A stretch of DNA of 57,893 nucleotides, the filler included, from Asterionella formosa (Eukaryota): assembly GCA_002256025.1 (NCBI GenBank). It is 7 parts of 7 records of this genome, joined end to end, with 100 filler letters (N's around TTAATTAATTAA, not from the genome) between each part and the next. Parts side by side here need not be neighbours in the genome. Positions count along the whole stretch, not along the records: positions 1 to 8,192 come from NKIB01012306.1; positions 8,293 to 16,482 come from NKIB01012307.1; 5 more parts are not named here. The stretch is one strand, 5' to 3'. Numbering within the stretch: the stretch's first letter is position 1; each line of letters begins with the position of its first letter. Positions 1 through 10,299 of this stretch are shown here, piece by piece. The translations under genes and the position numbers were made by a program. The notes below the pieces were generated by a model, which was given only the letters and a program-made list of their open reading frames with translations, did not search any database and had not been told where the DNA came from.

Positions 1-140
1 TCATGAGTGGACATCTGTGCATGAAGCATATAGATGGCAGTGGCAAGCATGGCAAAGCACAGGGAAATAAAAATCACTAGAATCAACGTGATGCTGACGT
101 TCTTTGGTTTCTTCTTCGTCAATGATTCAATTTTCGCCAT
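1..140 (-). CDS. 5' end of a probable type II membrane (signal-anchor) protein that runs off the window
   Basis: An ATG at 140 opens MAKIESLTKKKPKNVSITLILVIFISLCFAMLATAIYMLHAQMSTH, a basic N-tail followed by one hydrophobic helix. The frame stays open to the window edge. Confidence 0.5.
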   Translation of the reverse strand, partial: MAKIESLTKKKPKNVSITLILVIFISLCFAMLATAIYMLHAQMSTH

Positions 141-589
141 CTTGAGTTGCTCGAAGGATAATTCAAGGCTGTAACAGCTAGACAGCAAAAGGAAGGACGA
201 CCAGGGCGAAATATGATGAAACTCAGCACTGTCATTGCTTATTTATAGCGAGTAAGTACAGGCATTATGTCTTTGGGCAGATTATTCCTCAAGCCACCAA
301 CCAGTATAATGCTTGCTCTCCATTTTTTACACAATTTATGAAGGTTTGGGAAGTACAGAAAAATGTTGAACATATATAGTTTCTGTACGTAAATCTGTGG
401 GGATTTCGTCCACATTTTTCCTAACGGCCAGTTCTGTCAACAGCGGTTTTTGCTTGCTTCCGCCGTGATTCATTTTTTCGGCCCCTGCTTTCCGGAAAAA
501 TGTGGATGATTTTCACCACAGAAATGTGTAGAAAGTGCGTTCAATTTTGTACCACTGTAGGCGTACATAAATAATAGATTCAATACGAA

Positions 590-770
590 TGTCTAGCAGC
601 GGGTACTCCTGCCAGGTATCAGGTACCAGAGGTACCACCAGTACCTGGTAAGTACCTGGTGCCCAGGTACCAGGGTACCAGGTATCAGGTTTGTGGAGAG
701 TTGCTGAGAGTTGAGAGTATGGTACCAGGTACCAGGTACCAGGTACCTGGTACCTGGTACTGGTACCGTG
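590..770. repeat. GGTACC / CCAGGTA / TACCTGG low-complexity palindromic repeat cluster
   Basis: Many copies of ccaggta and tacctgg occur in both orientations, for example ggtaccaggtaccaggtaccaggtacctggtacctggtac at 721-760. Confidence 0.9.
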
Positions 771-833
771 TGCTCGTCATCTACACACCGGTAGCTATGA
801 CCAACAGTCGACTGAACCCATGATTTCATTCTG

Positions 834-1144
834 CTATAATGAGCTGGACAGTATAGACTATTTGGAAGACCGATAGTTTGAATTGAACGATCAATGGTTA
901 TAAAGTTATGATCAATAAGTGTGAGATAGACATGGGTCTATCTATGAATTTATGCTCTGACAAATCATGCAAACAGCATTTGGGAAAATAGTTTGTTTGA
1001 TTACTCAAACTGAACAAACCTAACTAGTTTTCTTAGTAACTCACAATAAGAATCCAGAAACAAAAGATAAACCAAAAAATGTCTCTATCTATAATCTTCT
1101 TTGTCTAACCATAGATCTATCAACTAAATGGTAATACTTTAACA
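834..1144 (+). repeat. ~310 bp repeat, left copy, upstream of the tyrosine recombinase
   Basis: Reverse-complement match to 15543-15843, with shared blocks ggaagaccgatagtttgaa, taagtgtgagatagacatgggtctatctatga, atgcaaacagcatttgg, ctcacaataagaat and ggtaatactttaaca. Confidence 0.9.
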
Positions 1145-1329
1145 CCATGTAGTATATTACAGGTTGTGTGGACGAGGTATACTAGGTAGCTAGAGTACCT
1201 TGTACCAGTAATATTGGTAGTCAAGTGCCGGTGTAATAATGTCTAATACCAGTGGAGGTAATAAAATGAAGCAAGTATGTCCAGTTGATCAGTTATGATC
1301 TTTACAGGAAAATTTTCAATCTGGTTGAT

Positions 1330-2300
1330 TGCTGGTGGTTCTTCACAGGCTATCTTTGTAGAAGAGTTTTTATGCCTGACATGGAACTTGATGTACCATG
1401 ATGTAGACAACAGATTATCGTGTATTTATTGAACAATTGATACGGAGTGTTGAAAATCTGGGTATTCGCTTCTCTCATATGAAGAATGATTAGGATAGAT
1501 CAAAAACTACAAGCCCAGCCAGGTATGTGTACACAAATCCTGAAGACTTCGCTGTGTAGCCAATCCCTGCTTTGTTTGCGTACATGCATGAGTGTTTACC
1601 CAGATATTCTCCAAAAATCCTGAAGGTCCCATATTTCCAGGTTTAAATTAAGAGGATTGTTTAGAAAGATACTCAAGCAAACTTTCACGAAGCAGCAAGA
1701 GGGGAACTTTCATAGCTATGACATTGATGAAATACTAGGCACCCATAGCAAATGAAAAGGTGCAACAACTTTTGCCTCCAGTGGATTTTCGGCAAACTCA
1801 TCAAGTGATGCCATTAACAACTGTAGGGTTGGGTTCTAGCTAGTTAGCTTCAGAGATGTTTATATGTTGTATGAGAAAGCAGACTACCATTATGTTGCTA
1901 GCATTTCAGCAGGCTTCCCAATACTCTCAGCTTGGTTTGCTGTTTCTGAACCAAATTTTTGGGTAAAATGATCATGTTATGATAGTGTTATACATGATCA
2001 GCTAATTCTTGATGGAAAGGTTCTTGCTATCCTGTTGGTCTTGTTTGGTGATGTCGTGCTTTATCCACAAGTTGTTCTTGCTTTTCCACTTGAATGAGTT
2101 GATTTTGCTTGTTTCATGCATTACATCGAGAATCTACAAAAACTTAGGAAGTGAAATTCAGTATCAATGCACTTAGCAGTAGTGTATACATGAAATGAAA
2201 TCGCAGAACTTTCAGATTAGGTTGTTGTTCATCAATTGAAATTATTTTTTTTTGCAATTACATTGACAGACATTCCTCCCTGTATGTCCCTCACCTTGCT
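1330..2300 (+). pseudogene. Decayed tyrosine recombinase of a Crypton-like DNA transposon
   Basis: Motifs appear in the expected order across frameshifts: WNLM (~1382), RFSHMKND (~1467), PARYVYTNPED (~1514-1547), LGTHSK*KGATTFASSG (1735-1785, the H-x-x-R box with Arg replaced by TGA at 1753) and RDVYMLYEKAD..V..I.AGFP (~1852-1920). These match the stramenopile/fungal Crypton YR pattern GTHSxRKGAxT...YxxYExAGDQYVGRxxxGLP. Confidence 0.8.
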
Positions 2301-4295
2301 GCCATAGACTTGAGCAAACGAGAGGGGAATTTCTTCATATTAGTCCTAAATTTCTGAAAGATTTGAGAAAATTTTTCAATGATTAAACTTATGCTGGTGC
2401 ACTAGTTTCAGAAATTCGATTAGTGGCCGCTCATCACTTAAAGAATTATTGGGCAAAAGTTCCTGAGGTTGACTGTATGACTAGAAAAGAAGCAGCAAAA
2501 AGGAATTATACAGCATCAAGCCCAACAACTCTCAACAATAAAAAATTACCATCCTAATTGTTCTTGCATCCTAACTGGTTGGGGTCCCGCTTTGCACTGC
2601 AGCTTTTGCTTACTGTTTATGGCATAGCAAGTATGGGAGGACCAAGATGAGAGGAATAAAATTGGTGTCTTGAATTTTCTATGTAGACAATCATAACATC
2701 AGTTTTGAGAATGGAAAAAGGAAAAATGCCGATGCTGCAAATAGTGAGGAGCAAGCTGGTGGCTGGAAGGATGCATAAGAGATTTCTAGTATAGAGATGA
2801 AGATTATGAAAAGATTGGATGGTTGAGCGAAAAATCGAGATCTTCTGCAATCTTTAATGACAAAAGAAAATGTCTATGTTGATCTTGAGCAATGTGAGGG
2901 TTGCCTTGGTATTTCACCTGTAACTGCTCAAAGGAGTAATAGTGGAACAGCGCTGCTTTTAGACAAATGCAAGCAAACTGAGAGAAAGTTTGCAAACAGT
3001 TGTGATAAATTCTAGTAATGCAATCATATTCCATACATTCATACATTGATTGTGATCAAATGATGGTTATTGCCATGACTTTGCAAGGTGACGAAGCATC
3101 AGCAAACTTGCAAGAAGTCTAAAGGTTCATTCACTTTCTATCTATAAATTTGAAGAATAACCATATTCTTGTACATCTGCATATATTGCTGTGCTAGCTA
3201 ACCTGCAATATATGCATTCAATTAATAGGAGAAGTGTACTTGTTGCTATATATGTACTGCCACATCACTTGATTTGTGCCTCCCAGTTTAGTCGTTGCTA
3301 AAGTTTGCTAGCTATGTTACCATCGATAGAGCGACAAGTGGGTCTCTTCATTGATGTTTGCTCCTGGAAAAGTCGGTGTCCATGTCATCCTCATCAATAG
3401 AGGGACAAGTGTCCTTCATCATTGCGGTTTGCCGCTGGAAAAATTGGTACCTGTGGTATCGTCATTCGCTCGTTGGAACCACTGTCCGTTGCATCAAACC
3501 TGATTAGCGTGTGTGTATGTGCATTGTCGACTTGTTTACATGACAGGAGTGACTTAGCTACTAAAGTGCGCGTTATAATATCATACTCCGTAGTGTGATG
3601 CAGAATACAGTTCCCAATCATCTCATTATGATTGATAAGATGATAATGTGATATCACGATAGGGTTACATCGATGCATACATCACCAAAGTATGATACGT
3701 AATATTGAGTAAAGTATATCACATAGCTATGATACATTGATCATAGAACTATGATGATTTTTTTAAATGTTTATGATGTATTTTTAATCAAAATATGATC
3801 ATGTTATAATAATACAATGATAATAAAATACGATAAAATATGTACGTATGTGTTATCAATACATCATAGAAAATAAATAAATAAATCATCAAGTATGTTA
3901 CCTAATATATAAATTCGACTTTAAATGTATACAGTAAAAGCCAGCAGTTAATATGATAGTATTAAATGGTGGATAGGATCTACGTATACGGATGCGTTGA
4001 TATGTACATCACTATAATATGATTTGTGATATGGATTGATGCATATCACATACCGGTATCCTCAACAACCAGCCATCACGTTCATTGTCGTGTCGTTTTT
4101 CCTTGTTATAGCTATATATATGCCGGCATGTGTATTGTGTAAACACTACGCTGGCGGAACATGCATATTACACAGTGCTCTGTTCAACGATTACTACACT
4201 CGGTTACCATCACACCAGCTGCACCTCCACAAGCGCCGCAAAAAGCTAGCTCCGCGTTTCCCTTCCACTGTTTTACATCATAGTCTTCTGGCCCT

Positions 4296-5286
4296 TTGAC
4301 AACTTTCCAAATGTCATTTCCTGGATTTCATGCAAAGGATCAGTCGAACAAGAAACGTGACTTACTTCCATCGTTTACACTACACGACTTTATGTTTTCG
4401 GAAAAGAAGATGAAGAAACTTATGAAATCAATCAAAGATTCCTTTGAATACAGTCAAACATCAGATGAATTTGAACAGATTCATAATACTCCAGAAAAAG
4501 TAATGAAGCAAGTATGCCGATACAATAGTGGCAGAGATTGAAAAGAAGGAAAGATTGCTTTCGAAGAGGAAACCCAAACAGTTGCTCTTCACGGATGAAG
4601 ACTCTATTCCTACAGAGTCACAGTTCCATCCAGTGTCGTATTTTTCTCCTCATTCTCCTGAAATCGCTGATAATGAAGAAGAAATCAGTGATTCTCATTC
4701 ATTTGATGAACAAATTCATGCGATGAAAGAAAATACCGGCGGAAATGTGGGAGACATCACTTCTGAAGTAGAAATGGTTGAAAAGTTGCAAAACCAAGAA
4801 ATATGTCTCACTATTCGTCCAGAACATCAAGATGAACATCATGAAAGCAGAGAAACTATTCCATTTCTAAAAGAAAGGATATTTAAGAAAAAGTCCAAGC
4901 TAGATCAAGACCTCGAATTCAAGAAGATCAATGCAGACAGAGATGTGATGCTGGCTAAGGCAGTTGATGCACTGAGTCGAGAACGAAGTTTGAAGCAAAA
5001 TATTGAATCTTTTTCCAAATCATACATGGAAGAAAAAGAATTTCTTTGTAAAATCATCGAGAACAATCCCGAAGGCAGCTAGTTTTGTGAAGAGTCGGCA
5101 TGTGAAATGTGTAGAGTTATTATGCAAAAGCAAACTGCATTTTCCTTGAGTTTGCCGAAAACGCATGGACAACTAAAATTGTGGAAAGAGTTGTACACAC
5201 GAATTTATTATGTAACTACTAAATATGCATTGGATTCTATTAGATCCATACAAAATCAACGTCGTCATCAATGTCCCGTTGATTAA
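4296..5286 (+). pseudogene. Unknown cassette gene A, copy 1 (Cys-cluster C-terminus, disrupted)
   Basis: ORFs 4296-4541 and 4528-5082. Reading through the TAG at 5080 gives ENNPEGS*FCEESACEMCR...PKTHGQLKLWKELYTR..KYA, which is homologous to 21650-21830. Confidence 0.6.
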
Positions 5287-7053
5287 TGCGTTCATTGCAA
5301 TCAATATTCTTCTCAGGAACATTTGGTTGAAGTGGTTCAACATATTGATGCATATCCTCTTCACTTACATTGGGAAATGAGAAGTATGAGTGTGGGTAGA
5401 TGATATTTGTTGTGGAAGTAGCAATTCCACTAGGATTCCTTCCATATTCAGATCGATTATTTTTGTGAAAGTCCAGTGTAGATTTCCTTATAATAACCGA
5501 GTAAATCATCAGTCCCTTGATCAGTGAGACAATTTGAAACTGAACTTTCTTCCCTCACACTTTTTTTGATAAGTGGTTTCCCACCAATGTCGACAAAATC
5601 AGTAGAATGACGAATATCGTTCTCTGAAATATCATGCGTATCTGGATTGAAACCCAAATATTTTTGTTGCCATCGGAATTCTCCTTTCAGCACCAAGAAG
5701 AAAAATGTTTCTGTACTGGCATTGATCAGCGAACCAACAAAACGAGATTGCAATTCACATTGTGCCCGAAGATTGAGTTGAAATTTGGTTTGGTCACAGC
5801 AGATTTGTCTCCTGTTAAAAATGGTTCTCCACAGCTTGTCCTGCCTATAAAATACACTGGAGCAAGAACTACACGCCAGACTTGGTATCCTTGGCTTCCC
5901 CTGTAAATGTCCTTTGACTGCGCAAAACGATAAATCATGAACTCCCACCTAATAAAGTCATCAATATCCATAGTAGTCTGGAAGTTATATTCTGTTAGAC
6001 CAGCTGGTGTGTCATGAATTATGTTAGCATTTTTAAATTGAAGCATATTTGATAAGAATATAATCACCGACTCAAAACATCATGCTTTCGGAGCATCTCC
6101 CTGCAAGAACTTACCTAAGATTCCTTTCAATTGATTATTCAATACATTCTGACATTCTCTCAACGTTTTAATGTACATGCCACCAAATGTTGATTTGATG
6201 TAATCTAAACGTGCCTTGTTGGTTCATTCAACGGTCTGATTTATCGTAAGTAGTGCATCAGAACCATTCCATATGAAATCGACAAGCTCTGGCTGGGTCA
6301 CTCTTTACTTCTTTGCCTAACTCCGGTTTCACTGTGTATAGCCGAGTTAGGCAACATTGGGCAAACCAATCCTGTTTGTGATTGGAAATGCCTTTCATAC
6401 TACTTGGACCAGATAGGGCGGAATGTTTGATTCTCTTTTGGGACCAGAAAAAAGCACATTAGATTGATATTCTGTTTTACAGTACCTGCAATTCACGAAC
6501 TATAACCTCAAACTTACATGTTCACAGCAAAACTTCTTGGTCTTGAAAATAAAACTCACAACCTTTGTTACAATTGATGGATCGGTTCAATTTTAGCTAA
6601 GCGGGAATGACGTTCTGATATGGCTGCTGAAATTGAAGATTCTTGATAACCTCGTATAAATGTTTTTCACTCAGTTTGTCATGTACTTGTTGGTCCGTGC
6701 GATTAGATAAATTATGATATGGTACCATGTCGTCCATCTGCATCCGGGAGTTATTAATGGTATCATCAACAGGAGCCATTTTTCTTGTATCAACAACTGA
6801 AAAAGAGACATCGCTCATCATCGCTTTCAGTATCAATTATGGGATCCTTTGTACTAGTAGCTGATGGTTTCCCCATCGATGATGGGGTAGTAACCCCACT
6901 AACTCTTTGTTGCCGATTGGGTTCCTTTGGATAATCGCCTATTCGCTTTTTCTTTGTTAACTCATTTTGGTACTTGCTTCTTTGTTCCATACCGGCAGTA
7001 TTTGACACATGCCGCTTGTTTCCATGAATCTCTTTATGGGCTTTTGAAGACAT
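5240..7053 (-). pseudogene. Unknown cassette gene B, copy 1 (apparently spliced, disrupted)
   Basis: A chain of minus-strand ORF fragments. Peptides GISNHKQDWFA, ELGKE, PELVDFIWNGSDAL and RFAQSKDIYRGSQGYQVWRVVLAPVYFIGRTS match 22471-23220. GTAAGT donors lie at ~6517 and ~6114. Confidence 0.65.
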
Positions 7054-7260
7054 TGTACTACTAGATAACTGTTGTCGTTGTCTTCCTTAAAGTTCGATGA
7101 TCTTAAAATCAGGTGTTCCTAGCTAGCTGCAATGAAATGAATCATCAGCCACTACATAGAATATTTTACACTGTCTAGATATGATACCATAAAACCAACA
7201 GTGCTATTTACATTATCATATACAAAATCAGAACCGAGTTTGAGTAATAGCATATCTTGT

Positions 7261-7592
7261 TTTCAATTATACAATTATACGATCCTGAAACTATGATGCT
7301 TTACTGTCCTACTGTAGTAGCAACAGTCTTGAACATATGATGTTCTGTTGCTTGCTTACTACTCCGACTATCCTTTTTCAATTTTATGATCATATGATCC
7401 TGAAACTATGATGATTTACTGTCCTGCTGCAGTAGCAGCAGTCATGAACATATGGTGCTCTGTTGCTCGCTTACTACTCCGACTATCTTTTTTCAATTTT
7501 ATGATCATACGATCCTAAAACTATGATGATTTACTGTCCCACTGCAGTAGCAACAGTCATGAACATATGGTGTTCTGTTGCTTGCTTACTAC
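7261..7592. repeat. Tandem repeat, ~115 bp unit x ~3
   Basis: gatcct(g/a)aaactatgatg recurs at 7281, 7396 and 7511 with conserved unit sequence between. Confidence 0.95.
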
Positions 7593-8192
7593 CTGGTACT
7601 CTGACTACCCCCAGTATATCACTTCCTACCTGCTACTGGTACTCTGTATATATATGATAAAATGTTATTGTTGTATGATGTACCGGTACACATGAAGAAC
7701 TCCCGCCCCAAAAAGGGGCTTAAACAATTTTCTACCAAAATCCTAGCGTATAAATAATGATACAAATGGGTTATGACTTACACCAATTGAATGGTGTAAA
7801 TAATTAGTTCCAATGGACGTAGAAAATATTGATGCAAACAAATTTCAAAAAAACAGTACCGGTACACAAAGTCGAGGAAAACAATGGACATATCGTGCAT
7901 TGAATATTTTCGAATTATCTATATGCAAATATGATCATCTCAACAATACCAGACGTTCCATATTGAGAGTGCCTATGATTTTTTATAAATGTACAACACT
8001 TGATATATTTATATATTTACAAATTTTATAACTATATACATGGCAAATATAAGCATTTGAAATCGTTCTGTCATGTTAACAAACAATGCCTGCTTCATGA
8101 AAAGAAATATCGTAGTAAAGCACATGACAAGAAAGGAAAGTTTACGCAATAACGAAAAACATTGTGGCTTCGACAAATTGCGTCTTCGAAGG

Positions 8193-8292
8193 NNNNNNNN
8201 NNNNNNNNNNNNNNNNNNNNNNNNNNNNNNNNNNNNTTAATTAATTAANNNNNNNNNNNNNNNNNNNNNNNNNNNNNNNNNNNNNNNNNNNN
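8193..8292. other. Scaffold join with artificial TTAATTAATTAA linker (also near 16527, 24816, 33094, 41378 and 49659)
   Basis: The same 12-mer, which gives stops in all six frames, sits in the middle of each 100-nt N run. Confidence 0.95.
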
Positions 8293-9539
8293 TATACAAA
8301 ATGGACAGTCAACGGCTTCCAAAACCACTCTGTCTTTATTGGTTGGTGGAATTCCTGTTACAGGTCGAAGGGACCTGTCCTCGATACTACTTTCTCATCT
8401 ATTGGGCCCTCGTGCTGGCTGTCCTCCTTCCCTTATCTCCGTCAAAATTCAAGTTCCCCGTCGTTGCTCGCAAGTGGTTCCACGGGATAGCTATTCTCCT
8501 ATTTCTTCCTCCCACCTACGATGACCCAATTTTCATGTCACTGGTATATGCCGTTGCCATGTGTGTGCTCATGGTCGTAGAGCATGTGCGGAAAATTACA
8601 TCCTTCAACCATGTATACATACGTTATCTCGACGTGGATAAGGATGCAGCAGACAAAGTGGTGATTTCACCCATTACATTGATTGCTGGGTGTGCGATAC
8701 CATGTTGGATGTCTGCTATTATGGGGATTGACCGTACTAATGGCCTTGCCCTCTTCGGCATTCTCGTTTTGGGGGTGGGCGATAGCATGGCGGCCATTGT
8801 GGGAACACATTACGGAAAAACAAAATGGGGGAGAAAACGAAGTGTTGAAGGTAGCTTCGCCATGTTGATGAGCATGTTTGCGATTTGTTGGGCGTGTGGA
8901 AGGGAGGATTGGACTATTGCTGTGATAGTATCCACAATCCTAGAAGCAGTAACTTTTCAAATAGATAATCTGGTCTTGCCGTTGACTGGAGCGACTGTCG
9001 TGATGATACAATCTGGATGGGCTGCTTCATACGACCTTTTGAATAACTTGGTCTTACCGGTGATAACAGTTGGCATAGCTGTTGCTGTAATCAACATCTT
9101 TTTTAGCAATCATCACAATGCTTCTGATCGTCAGTCAAAAGTCGCAAAAGAGTTGGGTTCAAAACTTCGTTTAGAAGACTCAGACTTAAACAAGCATAAA
9201 GAAGATTTCACATGCGAGAAAATGTTCATCTCCAACGTTCCAAGGGTTAGTACTGACGAATCTGAGGCATCCACTTATTTAAGGTTGCGGCCTCTTGGTA
9301 TAAAGTTAAATGGAAGAATCATCAAAACGCTTCCAATCATCTGTCCAAATTCACTGAAGAGAATCGTCAATCGAGTTTGGTTCAAATTATCCAGTCGGGT
9401 TGACATTCTTATTTCTGGATGCTCGGACATTCATAATAATAACGAATTCACACGCAAGGAAACATTTTTGTGCGATGTTCAAAGGGTTAGTACAGAAGAG
9501 TCCATCGATTTGAACCTTTGCAGCATGGGACAAAGTTAA
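8293..9539 (+). CDS. DOLK: Dolichol kinase, C-terminal part (5' end lost in the gap), with an atypical C-terminal extension
   Basis: Motifs ARKWFH, GVGDSMAAIVG.HYGKTKW..KRSVEGS and EAVTFQIDNLVLP are typical of SEC59/DOLK. The kinase homology ends near 9020 but the frame stays open to 9539. Confidence 0.9.
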
Positions 9540-9931
9540 TACAGCACAAAAGAATTGAAGCAGAAGGTATCACTAAGATTCTGTCTGCAATGAAGACTCG
9601 TTCATCCAATGCTAATGTGCAACAATTCAGTTGTAGATCACTCCGGAATTTGGTTTATGATGATGACAATCACCAGGTGAAGATTGTTGAAGCAGGAGTT
9701 ATCACTATGACTCTATCTGCGATGCAGAATCATTCCTCCAATGCTAATGTGCAACACAAAATTTGTGCAGCACTTGGTACCTTGGCTACTGATAATGAAA
9801 ACATAGTGGCGATTGCCAGTGCTGGTGGAAAGGTCGCAATTGAGTCTGCTATTCGAAATCACGCATCCAATGCTGGTGTCAATGAAAAAGCCCATGAAGC
9901 ACTAAGCATATTGACCCAAAGTGGGAATTGA
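9540..9931 (+). CDS. Armadillo (ARM) repeat segment, about 3 repeats, with no ATG of its own
   Basis: Repeated ~42-aa units: GITKILSAMKTRSSNANVQQFSCRSLRNL, GVITMTLSAMQNHSSNANVQHKICAALGTL and GGKVAIESAIRNHASNAGVNEKAHEAL. Confidence 0.75.
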
Positions 9932-10299
9932 TCCTAGATGCATTCACTTGTCAAATAGATAATCTGGTCTTGCCGTTGACTGGGGCGACTGTTGTGATGG
10001 GAATTGATCATTATGGTATTATGTAGATTGATGAATTATGTTGATAAGCAGTTAGTGTCCTTTTTGTTAAACTCCGGAATTTACATGTATGCTCTTCTTT
10101 ATTAATTTTTTTTCTGATTGAGCAAAATTTTCGTGTAGTGAGCAAAAAAGTTCGGGATAGAGCAAAAATGATAAGGTTAGAGCAAAAGCAAAATGTCATG
10201 GGCAAAGATAAAACCAAAAAAGGCGCGCAGATAGCGCAATCACCGCACCTTCCAGGTACCAGGGTATCTGGTCGTTTTGACTTGCTATCTTGAGGATAA

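Noticed and set aside
593..829. ORF rich in VPGT/WY (and similar ORFs at 37491-37742)
   Set aside because: These are translations of the GGTACC repeat, not credible proteins.
8237..8248. TTAATTAATTAA palindrome recurring six times
   Set aside because: It is always centred in a 100-nt N run, so it is an artificial scaffold linker. ORFs containing X runs are likewise artefacts.
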